Under the pieces are notes generated by a model, which ran no database searches, was not told the origin of the DNA, and worked only from the letters and a program-made list of their open reading frames with translations. The position numbers and the translations under genes are program-made. Source: Mytilus edulis (Eukaryota). Taken from it: a stretch of 64,000 bases of DNA. Below are positions 39,047 to 51,202 of this stretch, one piece after another; positions within the stretch are counted from its first letter, which is position 1; each line of letters begins with the position of its first letter. The stretch lies in NCBI RefSeq assembly GCF_963676685.1, contig NC_092347.1, positions 83,452,001 through 83,516,000 of the forward strand, read 5' to 3'.

Positions 39047-40078
39047 AAAAGAGGGACGAAAGATACCAAAGGGACAGTCAAACTCATAAATCTAAAACAA
39101 ACTGACAACGCCATGGCTAAAAATGAAAAAGACAAACAGAAAAACAATAGTACACATGACAAAACATAGAAAACTAAAGAATAAACAACACGAACCCCAC
39201 CAAAAACTAGGGGTGATCTCAGGTGCTCCGGAAGGGAAAACAGATCCTGCTCCACATGTGGCACCCGTCGTATTGCTTATGAGATTACAAATCCGGTAAA
39301 TAGTCTAATTCGGTAGGTCACATTCATGAAAGGGAAGGGGATTGTAGTTACGTTAAATGTGTTTCATGGTATATGTTAGAGACTATTACGCAAATTACAC
39401 ATTAAGTTAAGTCGGCCTCATATCTTGACTTACATCTAGAAATTGACAATGAGGGTTGGTTGAAAACAAAACTTTACGACAAAAGAGATGATTTCAGCTT
39501 TCCAATTGTGAACTTTCCATTTCTAAGAAGCAACATTCCAGCAGCACCTGCATACGGGGTATATATCTCCCAATTGATACGATATTCCCGAGCTTGCATT
39601 TCCTATCATGATTTTCTTGATAGAGGGTTGCTGCTCACAAGGAAGCTATTAAACCAAGAGTTCCAAATGATGAAGTTGAAATCATCCCTTCGTAAATTTT
39701 ACGGACGCCATCACGAGTTGGTTGACCGTTATAGAATAACCGTTTCACAAATGATATCGGATATGTTCCTTACGTCGTAACTACAATCCCCTTCCCTTTC
39801 ATGAATGTGACATATCGAATTAGACTATTTACCGGATTTGTTATCACATAAGCAACACGACGGGTGCCACATGTGGAGCAGGATCTGCTTACCCTTCCGG
39901 AGCACCTGAGATCACCCCTAGGTTTTTGGTGGGGTTCGTGTTATTTATTCTTTAGTTTTATATGTTGTGTCATGTGTGCTGTTGTTTGTTTGTCTTTTTC
40001 ATTTTTAGCCATGGCGTTGTCAGTTTGTTTTAGATTTATGAGTTTGACTGTCCTTTTGGTATCTTTCGTCCCTCTTTT
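39047..40078 (+). mobile_element. Young 5'-truncated Penelope-like insertion: RT C-terminus flanked by ~300-bp inverted repeats
   Basis: 39047-39352 is the reverse complement of 39775-40078. 39415-39780 encodes SASYLDLHLEID...LYDKRDDFSFPIVNFPFLRSNIPAAPAYGVYISQLIRYSRAC without stops. Confidence 0.88.
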
Positions 40079-42096
40079 ACACGTATTACAAAAAAATATA
40101 TTTATAACACGCATCCGTGTGCGATTCAGGAAAAAATAAAGGCATAGCATATGCTCGAATTTTAAAAAATACTTTAAGACAGAATGTTATGGATTTAAAT
40201 GATACAGATATTAATATATTATACACAAACAGTATTATAAAGACTAATAACGTAACTTGCATGTTTTGATCACGTAATTTACATCAAGTGTAAACGTCAT
40301 TCAACGTTCTTGATTGCCTGTGACTGACTTGCAATAGCTGTTATCCCGGTTAGCAGTCTGTTTTCTCATCTCGGCCGAAGATGAGCAGTCAATCCGTTGT
40401 TTGAATTCGTCGTCGTCCGTCGTCCGTGGTCTGTAAACGTTTTTTAAATTTTGTTTTATTTCTGTAATTATTTGACCTATATAGTTTAAAATGTGTATGA
40501 ATAGTCAGATTTTGATATGTAAGTCTTTTATATTTCAGATATACATCCTGAAATGGCCAAAACAAAAGCAGAAATCCAAAGAGATTACAGGGAGAGGAAA
40601 AAACTGTGTGAAGGGGGGAAATTACCTAGCAAACGAAAGGGAAAGAGTGAAAGGATATTACGTGCCAATTGAAACCCAAAACAAAGAAAAAAAGCAGATG
40701 AAAGACGCAAAAAAGTTAGAAAATGGGTTAAAAACACAGAACACTGAAAAAAGTACAAAAGTCACAGGAAAATGGTGTTTTTAGTTGAAATGATTCTGTA
40801 GTTTCCGTATAAAGAGCTGTTTTAGACGATTATATTGATAGTGAACTCATAATTTTGAATTATAAATACTGAACTACTTATGTTTTCATCAATAAAATAA
40901 GAAAAAACAAAAAAACAAAACCTCTTTTCAACTTCGTCATCCTTATTGTTATAGTTGATGTTAATTTCTAACCTATTCACCACGAACTTTCCTGTGGGGA
41001 TTTAACAAAACAAGAAGCTGAAACAACAGCGCTGGTATTTGATAACAACAAGAATTCGATAAACAATGATAAAGTACATGTGTTATCAATATTCAAAAGA
41101 TAAAATTTGGAATGGAAATAGGGAAAAGCTTAGTTTCTAATACAAAACATCTTGGGGAGAATGAAAAAAATAATGACACCAACGATTTTTCATAAAGAAA
41201 TGACATATAAACATGGTATGCATATGTTAATCAGTAATCCATCACACACAAATAAAATACAAAACAACAGAGAAAAAATCTACCGAGTTCAATGTATATA
41301 TCCAATAGATTCAAAGAATTGAAGAAATTCTAAATAACATAATAAGAAATCAACATTAAATCAGTTAAGGTTGATGTTAGTCAGTAATCCATCACACAAA
41401 AAAGCAGAAAAAAAATCAAGTAATTCTACTCTGTTTAATGCTTATAAGAAAAAATATCGAAGAATCGAATATTTGAACTGTAAATAACATAGATATTAAA
41501 TGCAACTCTGTTAGAATAATGGATTAATTGACATTACGTCATGTAAAAATAACCTGGTATTTTGAATTTCTTTAAACTTCCGTTGTTCAACATTTCACGT
41601 CTGGTAAAAAAAAATGTAAGATACTGAAGATAACACTAACGATGTTTCCGTTTACTATGGTCACGTTAAGTTTTGTATTAAAAGGGCACTGGAATGTGTG
41701 TTAAAATTGATAAATAAAAACTGACTCAAAGTGTAATTACAACCATAATAGTATTTAAAAGTTGAAACAATGTTTCGAGTTACTTTTACAAAATTAATTT
41801 TAACAAAAATTGCAAATATTCAGTTTAACTATATAAGTTTAAATACATGCTGTAAATACCTTGCTACGCGGAGATGCAAGATACAGATACTTGAGAAATC
41901 ATAAGTAAAAAGTAAAATCACAAAAATACTGAACTCTGAAAAAAATTCAAAAGAGACAGTCCTTAATTAAATGGCAAAATGAAAAGCTCAAACACACCAA
42001 ACAAATGGATAACAACTCTGTAGTCATATTCCTCACTTGGTACAGGCATTTTTCTATGTGAACTGAACCTGGTTTTATAGCTAGCTAAACCTTTCA

Positions 42097-42200
42097 AATA
42101 CCTTTTTTGGATTCGAGCGTCATTGATGAATCTTTTGTAGACGAAACGCGCGTCTGGCGTAGATACAAATTTAATCCTGGTATTAATGATCAGTTTATTT
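42097..42200 (+). mobile_element. Short hammerhead-containing retrozyme fragment inserted into a SINE-like copy (41905-42330)
   Basis: Interrupts gctaaacct...tgtatgacagtcgcatc; the core is mutated (TTGATGA). Confidence 0.75.
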
Positions 42201-43989
42201 GTATGACAGTCGCATCAAATTCCATTATTCTGACAACGATACGTGAACCAAACAAACAGACACAATAGGTAAAATTGTCAAAAATAGGGTACAGCAGTCA
42301 ACATTTAGTTATCATCTTAATTGCTATAAAAATTCAAAATAATATTTTATATGCAATTCTATTACTCACTTCACTTTTTAAAATAATGTATTATATTTTG
42401 TGATATAATTTGATTAAGTCATATCTTATATAATTAGGCCTTGAGTGATATCTTTAAGTCATAAACATTCGCTAATCTTGAAACAACTCGAGCATATGCT
42501 AGTTGTGGCTGAATTCATCAGGCTACTTAAGACATGCCATTAACGCAAAAATATTCAACACACATTAATTAAACGCATATCACAACAGCAACCAGTGATG
42601 AGGTGCTTCTCAAATTTGGCGACACTTGTCATATTAAAACGGTATGTAAACAATATACAACAGTGCTTTAAAAAAAAGGTTAATATTGTGCATATATATA
42701 GCAGGAACATGGCTATCAATTTTGCAGTATGTAATTACGTCGTGAGCTAGTGTCTCTACAAACCTGTAGGTTGCCTTTTGGTCGTTTTTTATGACCCGTT
42801 TATGGCATTATATTTTCTGGTCTGTACATCCGTTCGTCTGTTCGTCCATTCGTTCGTTTGGTCTTTTCATTCATCTATCCGTTTGTTCGTTCTTTCGTCT
42901 GTCCCGCTTCAGGTCGAAATAGTTTTTAATGAAGTTCAAGTCCAATAAAATTGAAACTTAGTTCACATTTTCCCTATGCTATAATCTTTCTAATTTTAAT
43001 GCCAAATCAGAGTTTTTATCCCATTTTCACCTTCCACTAAACATTGAAAATGATAGTGCGGATGGGTCATCCGTGTACAAGGGACTAATTCTTGTTTTGC
43101 CATGTAATTGTCAATTCGTTTTACAGTAGAAGTAATGATTTTGACTTTTGTTTTGGTATCGTTCGTCTCTCTTTGGAGTACGCAATTGTCGGCATCACAT
43201 AAAAGAACGAACAGAGAAGATTTAACAAGGCAATATAGCGAACCGACTTCGAACATGATACCTTTACAATTGCGAACAATTGCGAACATACTCTGTTTGA
43301 TATTTCAAACAACTCCAAAATTCCTATAGAAATTGATTGATTCTTTTAACATTAACTAGTAAATAGAATTTGTAAAGATCGGGAAATGGATTATTCACGG
43401 TTTACGGTGGAGATATGGCAGAGCGTAGGTCCGCTTCCCTTAAAAAAAAAATAAAACGATATCACTGTTTTATATAGCTAATTAAGATTGATATAACAAC
43501 CGAATAAAATAAAAGATATCAATTTTTAAAGATATTTCTTCAGAACTCAACAAAGAGGTTATCGATTACAAAGTCTAGCATTTTTTTTACAATATTACCT
43601 TGTTATATTGCTACAAAGATTCATACATTCATTCATGAACTGTAGAAACAATGATCATGTAATACAGTTATTTATGTGGTAGTTAGTTTATCTTGAGGAT
43701 AAATTATAAAGTGTTAAAAAGTTAAAATGGTTTGAATATGCTACTTTGAAAAAAACCCAGAGACTCCTTTAATTATAAATCAATTATAATTTCACAAGGC
43801 TCTTCAAACCATAATTGGTGTGTATCATCCTAACTCTGCAATAACTTTAATTCAACAAAAATGCGCAGTTAATGTTCGTTTTATGTAAAGGCATACAAAC
43901 ATACATTAACAAAAAATTAAAAATACATATAAATCATACAGTTATCATATGCATGTAATAAAATAGATATATATTTATATATATTATAT

Positions 43990-44250
43990 AAGTACGTCTG
44001 AGCCAGTGACAACTCTACAACAGATTTATCCATCGGATCACATTGGCGGATCCAGGGGGGTCCGGGGGTTGGAACCCCCTCTTTTTTTTTGGCCGATCAA
44101 TGCATTTGAATGGGAGCATATAGTTGGAACCTCGCAAATTGTTGGTTCTTCCCTCGCCGGGATTCGAACCCATCCTACTGAGATATCGTGACACCAAATC
44201 GCCTGCACTGTTACCGGTGCGCTAGACCACACGACCACCTGGGCCTCATA
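43990..44250 (-). mobile_element. tRNA-derived SINE-like element with Pol III A and B boxes, interrupted by a MITE fragment (44041-44125)
   Basis: Minus strand reads ggcccaggTGGTCGTGTGGTCTAGC...GGTTCGAATCCcggcg. Confidence 0.6.
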
Positions 44251-44563
44251 AAAATGAAGCTTTAGATGGCCGAATGTTGTCTTTCCACGTCAGTTTTAAT
44301 TTATCGTCGTACTACAGTACATGATATATAAGGCATATATATACGTATACATATCAAAACATGTCTATAATTGATTAACTGGTCTTAGTCATAGTAACTT
44401 TTAAAAAAAAGCATAGTACTTTTTTGTAAAGCTGTTTTGTTTAAATCTATGAACATGTTTAATATACATTTTCTATGAATAGAATATAAAAAAGAAATGG
44501 AACTCTATGCTTTCTATGATGTCACAATGAACAACAGATATGTTGTAAAAGCTACAATTTAAG

Positions 44564-44996
44564 TTAAATCTTTGATGAAATTGTTGCCACAGATTCGCTT
44601 AAATCTGATTTCCTCAGTGCCTTTTTTCTCTTCCGTCTTTTAATAATTATGAAAACTATTCCATTTAGTACTCCGCCAAAGTTGTTGAAGAAAATTGCTA
44701 AGTATAAGATAACTTCTGGGACGTTTCCAAGCAAAGCGGTGATTGAGTATGCAGCCAAGGAAAACCACTGAACGAAGAAGACGGCAACAAAAAGTGACAT
44801 GTTTTTCGCTGCGTTGTGTATACTTTTAATGGATTGAGCTGATTCGCCAAGGACATCAGCTAATGCCTTGCTATCTTTGTAAATCTTGATCCACGTAGCG
44901 ACATACAGGGCGCTGTTAACTGCAACGACGACAAAAGTGAGCATGGTCAGGTAGTATACATACAGATCTGTACCTTTAATGGCGTCAAAGTGGCAA
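44564..44996 (-). CDS. 7TM receptor, coding exon 2 (ECL2, TM5-TM7, C-tail)
   Basis: Acceptor tttcAG at 44998-44997. The phase-2 join gives GPTGA-F-CHFDAIKGTDLYVYYLTMLTFVV. Three hydrophobic helices, GGVLNGIVF, and a basic KRRKRKK tail. Confidence 0.88.
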
Positions 44997-45625
44997 CTGA
45001 AATGTATAATTCAACTAGTTTTCATATAAATAATAGATTGAATAATGCAAATAATACAATACTGATATCATGGTCAAATCTTATTAATAAGTTCATTTGT
45101 AAATAAAAGTCTAGAATAAACGTTGGTTGCAACTCCGTATTGCAAAGGCGAGTACTCGCATCAAAAGCCAGTGTTCAATACTTGATTGGTAAACATAAAA
45201 TACATTTGACTGCTAATTTTCAGTTAATATTAAAAAACTCATAACAGATATCATACTTATAATTTTGTATGCCAAACAAGTGTTTCGAATTCAAAATTTC
45301 TACTGATCAGTGACGTTAGAATAAAAAAGTTAAAAAGGTCAAATATACTACGAATTTGAAGAACATTGAAAACTCGAAAGTCCGAAGGAGTTTGTCAAAT
45401 ACAGTTTAGGCTAATGGTACAAATGTTATAAACATAAAATCTGTTATGCCTGACACAAGCATTATCTTCTATAGCCTGCTTTATATTTTGCGAATAATAG
45501 ATAGATATAAGAAAATGTGATATGAGTGCCAATGAGACACCTCTGCATCCATTAGCATGTTCGTGACAGTAAATTCAGTAAGACTTAGTAGTCTTATTAT
45601 CATGTCTCTTTGAAATGCTTCTTAA

Positions 45626-45888
45626 GGTGGTACCCAACACCTTCACTAAAACTAATTTGACTTTTTTAATTTTCATTAAATTTTTACAAAGTATTTACTT
45701 TGACCGTTTGACAAAAACATAAAAATTTCAAAACATTTGAACTAACCATTAAATCAGAAAAAATACACTGGTTATATAGCAGTTTGACAAACACTAATTT
45801 TGAGCTTAATATTCCCTTAACAACACAACGTAATTGAAACGCTTAGCTGATTTTACAGAGTTATCTCCCTGTGATGTTGGGTACCACC
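45626..45888. mobile_element. Kolobok-like MITE in the receptor intron
   Basis: TTAA|ggtggtacccaaca ... tgttgggtaccacc|TTAA, 14-bp TIR. Confidence 0.85.
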
Positions 45889-48653
45889 TTAAATAAATTT
45901 CGTTTTTAAAAGGTCTTATTATAGCATCAATGTTGTTATTAATCAATTGAAAAAATAAAAAATAGACAGCACTTTTTCGGTATAAAATTGTATATAAATA
46001 TTTATACCCAAGTATGTTTTTTTTTTTTAATTCGTTTTAAAGAATTGTTTCATAGTCTGATTTTTCTTTTTAAAGTACTCGTTCTCTCTATTTCTTTCCC
46101 TCGAGCTTTTATTTCCAATTTAAGTTTTAACAGATTGAAGTACCATAAGTCAGCTACGTAATTTGAATTTAAAGTACAAGAAAAATCACTTTATCAAATA
46201 CAAAATAGTTATGCAACTGAAGCTGTGCTTCATGTTTGAAAAGTTAGAACTGTTATATATCGATGATGCTTACTTGCACGTGCATTGCAATACTATCAAT
46301 ATTACAACTGTTAATTTGAAGAAAGATGTATGGTCAATGGTGTTTAAAATATAAACTGTTATATGAGCAGAGTTCACCACTCAGTATGCTAATCTTCTCA
46401 TATGTTGGCGATGCTTTTAACACATTGTTGCCAATGTAATGGAATTATATGCGACTGTCATACAAGTGAGAGGTTTCGCTACCTATAAATTAAAGTTTAC
46501 TTTCAACATTTTCTACACAAGGAAATGTCTCACTCTGTACCAAGTCGGAATATTACAGTTCTTTTCCGTTCGTTTGGTGTGTTTGAACTTTTGATTTTGC
46601 CATTTGATAAGAAACTTTCCGTTTTGAATTTTCTTTGGAGTTCAGTATTTGTGTTTTATTTACTTTTTTCTAAGTATTGTCAAGATTTTAGGAATTATCA
46701 TTTGTAGTTGATATTTCCTCTATTTAAAAAGGTTGGATTTTTTTTTTCAACGAAATTATGACGAATAGTCATTTTCCCTCCAATAAAAGGTGCTTGAATG
46801 TGTTTAAAAAAAAATATATATAACATTTCAGTTCATAATAAACCTTTATTAATCCAACGAGGATTGTATATTACTATAAGTCTTTATAGGCTGGGTTATT
46901 AATCCTTTTTTGATGATGATGTTTTGTAATTTTATTACTGATCAATATATGACACTTACATAAACTATAATTATTTATCTTATCTTATCTTTTGTCATCA
47001 TGCATGATGAATTTTGTTGTTGTTGATAAATTGGTAATTAGAGTTCGAAATTCGGTTTAAACGATTTGCATTTATTTATTAGAAAAAGCGTATAAAATGA
47101 ATCAAATACAAACAAGAAAAACAAATATAGCCAAGTCGGGCTAATGAATCAGGGATATCAATAAGAAGAGAAAAAAAATAAGTTTATTTTCAAAATAAAG
47201 TTTAATGTATAAAGCTATATATATTCGTTCCTTGAAAGACACAACTAGATCCTCAAAAGTACCTTCGTTGCAAGCTCAAGTGGTAACGAGTTTACAGGTA
47301 AAAAGAATTAGTGTGAATTAACCCCTCTTTCAGTTTCGTATTACCTTTCTATGCTTGTCAATTAAATATTATGCAACTATAGATTTCTTTATTGACGAGT
47401 CTTTCTGCTTATCAGTGAAATATTATTTCTCATCTCAAACAAAAAAAGGTTTCAGTACGGAAGGGAATTTTCAAATAACTATACAAATACATATTCACAA
47501 GTTCCTGAGGATATTCACATCAAACGTAGTAGGATAAAAAAAAATATACTTAAACAAGCTAGAGTAAGTTATATTAAAACTAGGAAACCTGATGAATGAA
47601 ATCCTCCTACAAACGGAAATATTATTAGCTAAATATGAAAATTAAAACAATAACTGTGTATATTCATTAAAATAGTACTTTAATAGAATTTTTTTTTAGA
47701 ATAAATCATGACATTTATGTAGAATTTCCGTATTATCTTTTGATAAAGTATAATTACACTTGAGAATTATACGATATTCCTAATGCATGTTATTACACCA
47801 CTTAAAAAGACAATAAGAAAATATCGGTCAAAGTGGTACGTAAGCATAATTATTGTTGGGGACTTCAAAGCAAATATCAACAATGATCTTTTATGCCATA
47901 TATACATGTCTTCTGTGTTAGTTGTTTAGGACAGACATGTCTTTCATATCTCTTTTCTTGTTCATTCATAAATACGCCACCTTATTTATCATGAAAAGTC
48001 CGATTATTATTCGAAAGAGATAATTTTAACTCAGATATTTTCCACAAGTTACAGCCACATTTCCGTCTTCATTTTTCAATTGTGGATTCACCGAATGCGA
48101 CTTGTTGCTAAATTGTTGCTTGTAATTTGCATGAGGACCTAGATGAGTTTCGCTAATGGAGCATAAATTATGTGACATCCCAGAGAACCTGAAATCACCA
48201 TCGGTAGCTTGTTGGGTTCGTGTGGGTTAGTTTTAAATTTCCTGTTTAGTTATTGCGCACTTTTTGTTGTCTTTTCCAGTTCAGTTTGCAGTTGCTGCCT
48301 TTTTTGTATTTTCATCGTTTTTTTTTCCTTTTGAGCGCTGAGGATGTATATTAGTATATTATCAAAAAAAAACGATCTCCGAGGAAAAAGTGCCTTAGCA
48401 AATTACAAAATCAAAAGCTTAAACACATCAAACGAATGGATAACAACAGTCATATAACTGACTTGGTACAGGCGATTTCGTATGTAGAAAATGAATGATT
48501 TAAATCGTTTTACAGCTAGCTAAACCTCTCACTTTGTAAACGTCTGTTGTGTTTCCACTTCTAAAGGTATCTTCTACCTTTTTTTACCTATGAAGATGTT
48601 TCGATTGTGTTATAGCTCAAAAAGATTGAGAATAAAATGAAACTTATACTTAC

Positions 48654-49237
48654 AAAGCTCCTGTTGGACCAAGCTTTCCAAGGATGGCCGCAACTAAATA
48701 AACAACGAAGGGAACACCAAGAGTATACAAAAGCAGCCTCCAATCATATCTTCCAAAACTCATATCTTTGCTGAGGTATATCATACCAAAAGCGTTAATT
48801 GCAACAATGTTAACCATCAGCATCTGAGCGGAGATAAACTCGCCGATAACGAAAGCATAACAAATACAAAGTGCACGTGGTCTGACATGATCCCTTGTAA
48901 TGAAAATATGCAAATGGTCCAAGGAATGTCCAAGATTAAAAAGTCCATCACACAATGCCATATAAACAACGAAACGTTCACTTTTTGTCCAGTCAAAAAA
49001 TCGCTGTCTTGAAGATCGGAATGAGAGCGTGATTACAACCACAGAGAAGACAAAACTAGTAAGTATACATGAAAGTGCTGTTATGTGCAAATAGGCAAAG
49101 TGGTTATTGTCCAGGCCAAACACAGGCACGTCGTAACCATCTCTAGGAGCACGTGTTGTAATTGTCGTGTTTGAATAAAGTTCCCCAAAATTCGACGAAA
49201 ACTCAGGAAAACTTGATGTTGAAGCGTTTACGGCCAT
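48654..49237 (-). CDS. 7TM receptor, coding exon 1 (N-terminus, TM1-TM4); orphan GPCR resembling cAMP-receptor-like/GPR157/Git3-type receptors; spliced product 338 aa
   Basis: ATG at 49237; N-glycosylation sequons NAS and NTT; four hydrophobic helices; ERFVVYMALCD; Cys at the top of TM3; donor TT|GTAAGT at 48653. 584+433=1017 nt in frame. Confidence 0.88.
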
Positions 49238-49548
49238 TACTTAGAAAGCAATTAAAGGCCAATGTAGCCGCTATAGATGTAATAGCAAATCTACAATTAA
49301 CAAGCTAGAAATTAACAACTCTGAGCTGAAGTTTTATCACGTTTTTATTTAAATAGTGATATTAAAATCAATATTCGATAAGCGAACATATCAGCAATAT
49401 CCTTTACTGGATTTATATCGAGGCTAAGCCTGTTAGCTCTTGACGTAAATTAGTCCGAAAGTACAGTTGGGTCAATATTAGATCTTATATATACGTAGGA
49501 GAAATAACAGAGGATTGAAAATCTTGAAACAATCAATACTGAAGTGTA

Positions 49549-49782
49549 GTAATATTTCCCACTGAGCGAATTGTATTACACAGCCACGAGTATTGTAATA
49601 TTTCCCACTGAGCGAATTATATTACACAGCCACGAGTATTGTAATATTTCCCACTGAGCGAATTGTATTACACAGCCACGAGTATTGTAATATTTCCCAC
49701 TGAGCGAATTGTATTACACAGCCACGAGTATTGTAATATTTCCCACTGAGCGAATTGTATTACACAGCCACGAGTATTGTAA
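49549..49782. repeat. 46-bp tandem repeat x5 (gtaatatttcccactgagcgaattgtattacacagccacgagtatt)
   Basis: Five head-to-tail copies with one substitution. Confidence 0.95.
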
Positions 49783-50649
49783 ATTGTTCAAAATGACATT
49801 CATATGTTTCTCACTTTTGTTTGATAATCTTGTAGTATATTGGTATAATGCAGATTGCCATTATTAAAAAGGAATTGGTTGTTGTTATTTAATTTTTTCC
49901 TTAACAACAAGGGGCAAATATTACATTGCATATCATGGACGATTACACATTAACAATAAATCTGTTTATTAAATAATTAAGTGGGCAATGTTTTGCACAT
50001 TTCACTAAACTGAGGTGTCTACTTTGGAGTACGTTCGTGCTCGTTTTTACTTGACTTTGAAAACTTTTCATGCATATTCAGATCGTATCTACGTTTAGGC
50101 CCAGTTTATAGTGTATATCTTCAACTCAATTTTTATTATTTATTGTTACCGAACTGAACGATTAATAAAATGTTTTTCGATGAAATTTCTTTGATTCCTT
50201 GACGATACATGCAAATATAATTAAGTCTTGTTAAGACCAGAATAATTGTAAGGCAAACAAGGAGAACTTGGGTGAAATACATCTATCAGTTCCTTGCTGT
50301 CGGGAGTTTCTATTCAATAGTTTACTCATCTGAAACTACTTAAGTTTTTGGAACGGAACTGTGCGTCAGCCTCCTTTGTCAATTTTTTTTTTTATAGTAA
50401 ATCCAATACAAAGTGATTCTATTATTAAGATATCAATGTTTATCTCTAATATAGCGTGAGTTTACGTTTGCATAGTCTTATGTTAATGTAATGTAACTAT
50501 AACGACTGATATTCATCACTCCAAAAGCAACTGATTTCTTACTGGATGTTTGAGATCATGACAACTCATATAACTTCCATCAATTACCATCATGCTACTT
50601 AAGGATGGTTTTGGAGGATATTTGTCTAATAATTGGAATTTTGATAGAT

Positions 50650-50935
50650 AGACAAAAACTTGTATCCAATCATCTACAAAAATAACAATGAAATTTCAAA
50701 AAGAAGGAACGTGGAATTAAAGGATAATGCTAATTTTGTTCTTCTTCCTGAGAAGCTCGTGTATTAAGTCTGTCTCAAGGTAATGAAGACAACAAGAAGC
50801 GGGGCACAATTGGTTCCCGGGGGAGTGCTGATTGTTTGTTGAAAAACACGTCTCCAAACATTAACAAAGTTGGTATCAATAATATATAATTCATGTACCT
50901 TGGTGATGTCTGTTTCACAGAATTTGTTGTTTGAA
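50650..50935 (-). pseudogene. Penelope-like RT fragment
   Basis: Minus-strand translation includes RVFQQTISTPPGTNCAPLL (compare VFQQTIGIPMGTNCAPLL). Confidence 0.7.
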
Positions 50936-51202
50936 TCAGAGCCTTGTTTTACAAATCATGCAGCAAAATGCTGGGATCAGCAAAAGAGGACTACAACAAC
51001 AAAACATCCCCAAAACAAAGCCTCCAACATACCATAATGAAACAAAATGAGATATAAAACCAACAAAATATGTTATCAAAGAATATCCATAAAACGTACC
51101 TCCATGAAAAAAATAGTATAACAATTACAAACAAATGGCTCAATTTGGGAATAGAGTCATATCCGATGTTTGAATGATTCTATTTTTTTTGTGATTTTAC
51201 TT

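Noticed and set aside
39019-40150. Paired ORFs MPHVEQDL... on opposite strands as duplicated genes
   Set aside because: They are translations of the non-coding inverted terminal repeats of the Penelope-like insertion.
44155-44247. tRNA gene
   Set aside because: A and B boxes are present but spaced too far apart, with no convincing acceptor stem by eye; treated as a SINE head.
49549-49782. CRISPR-like array of 46-bp repeats
   Set aside because: Pure tandem repeat without spacers.
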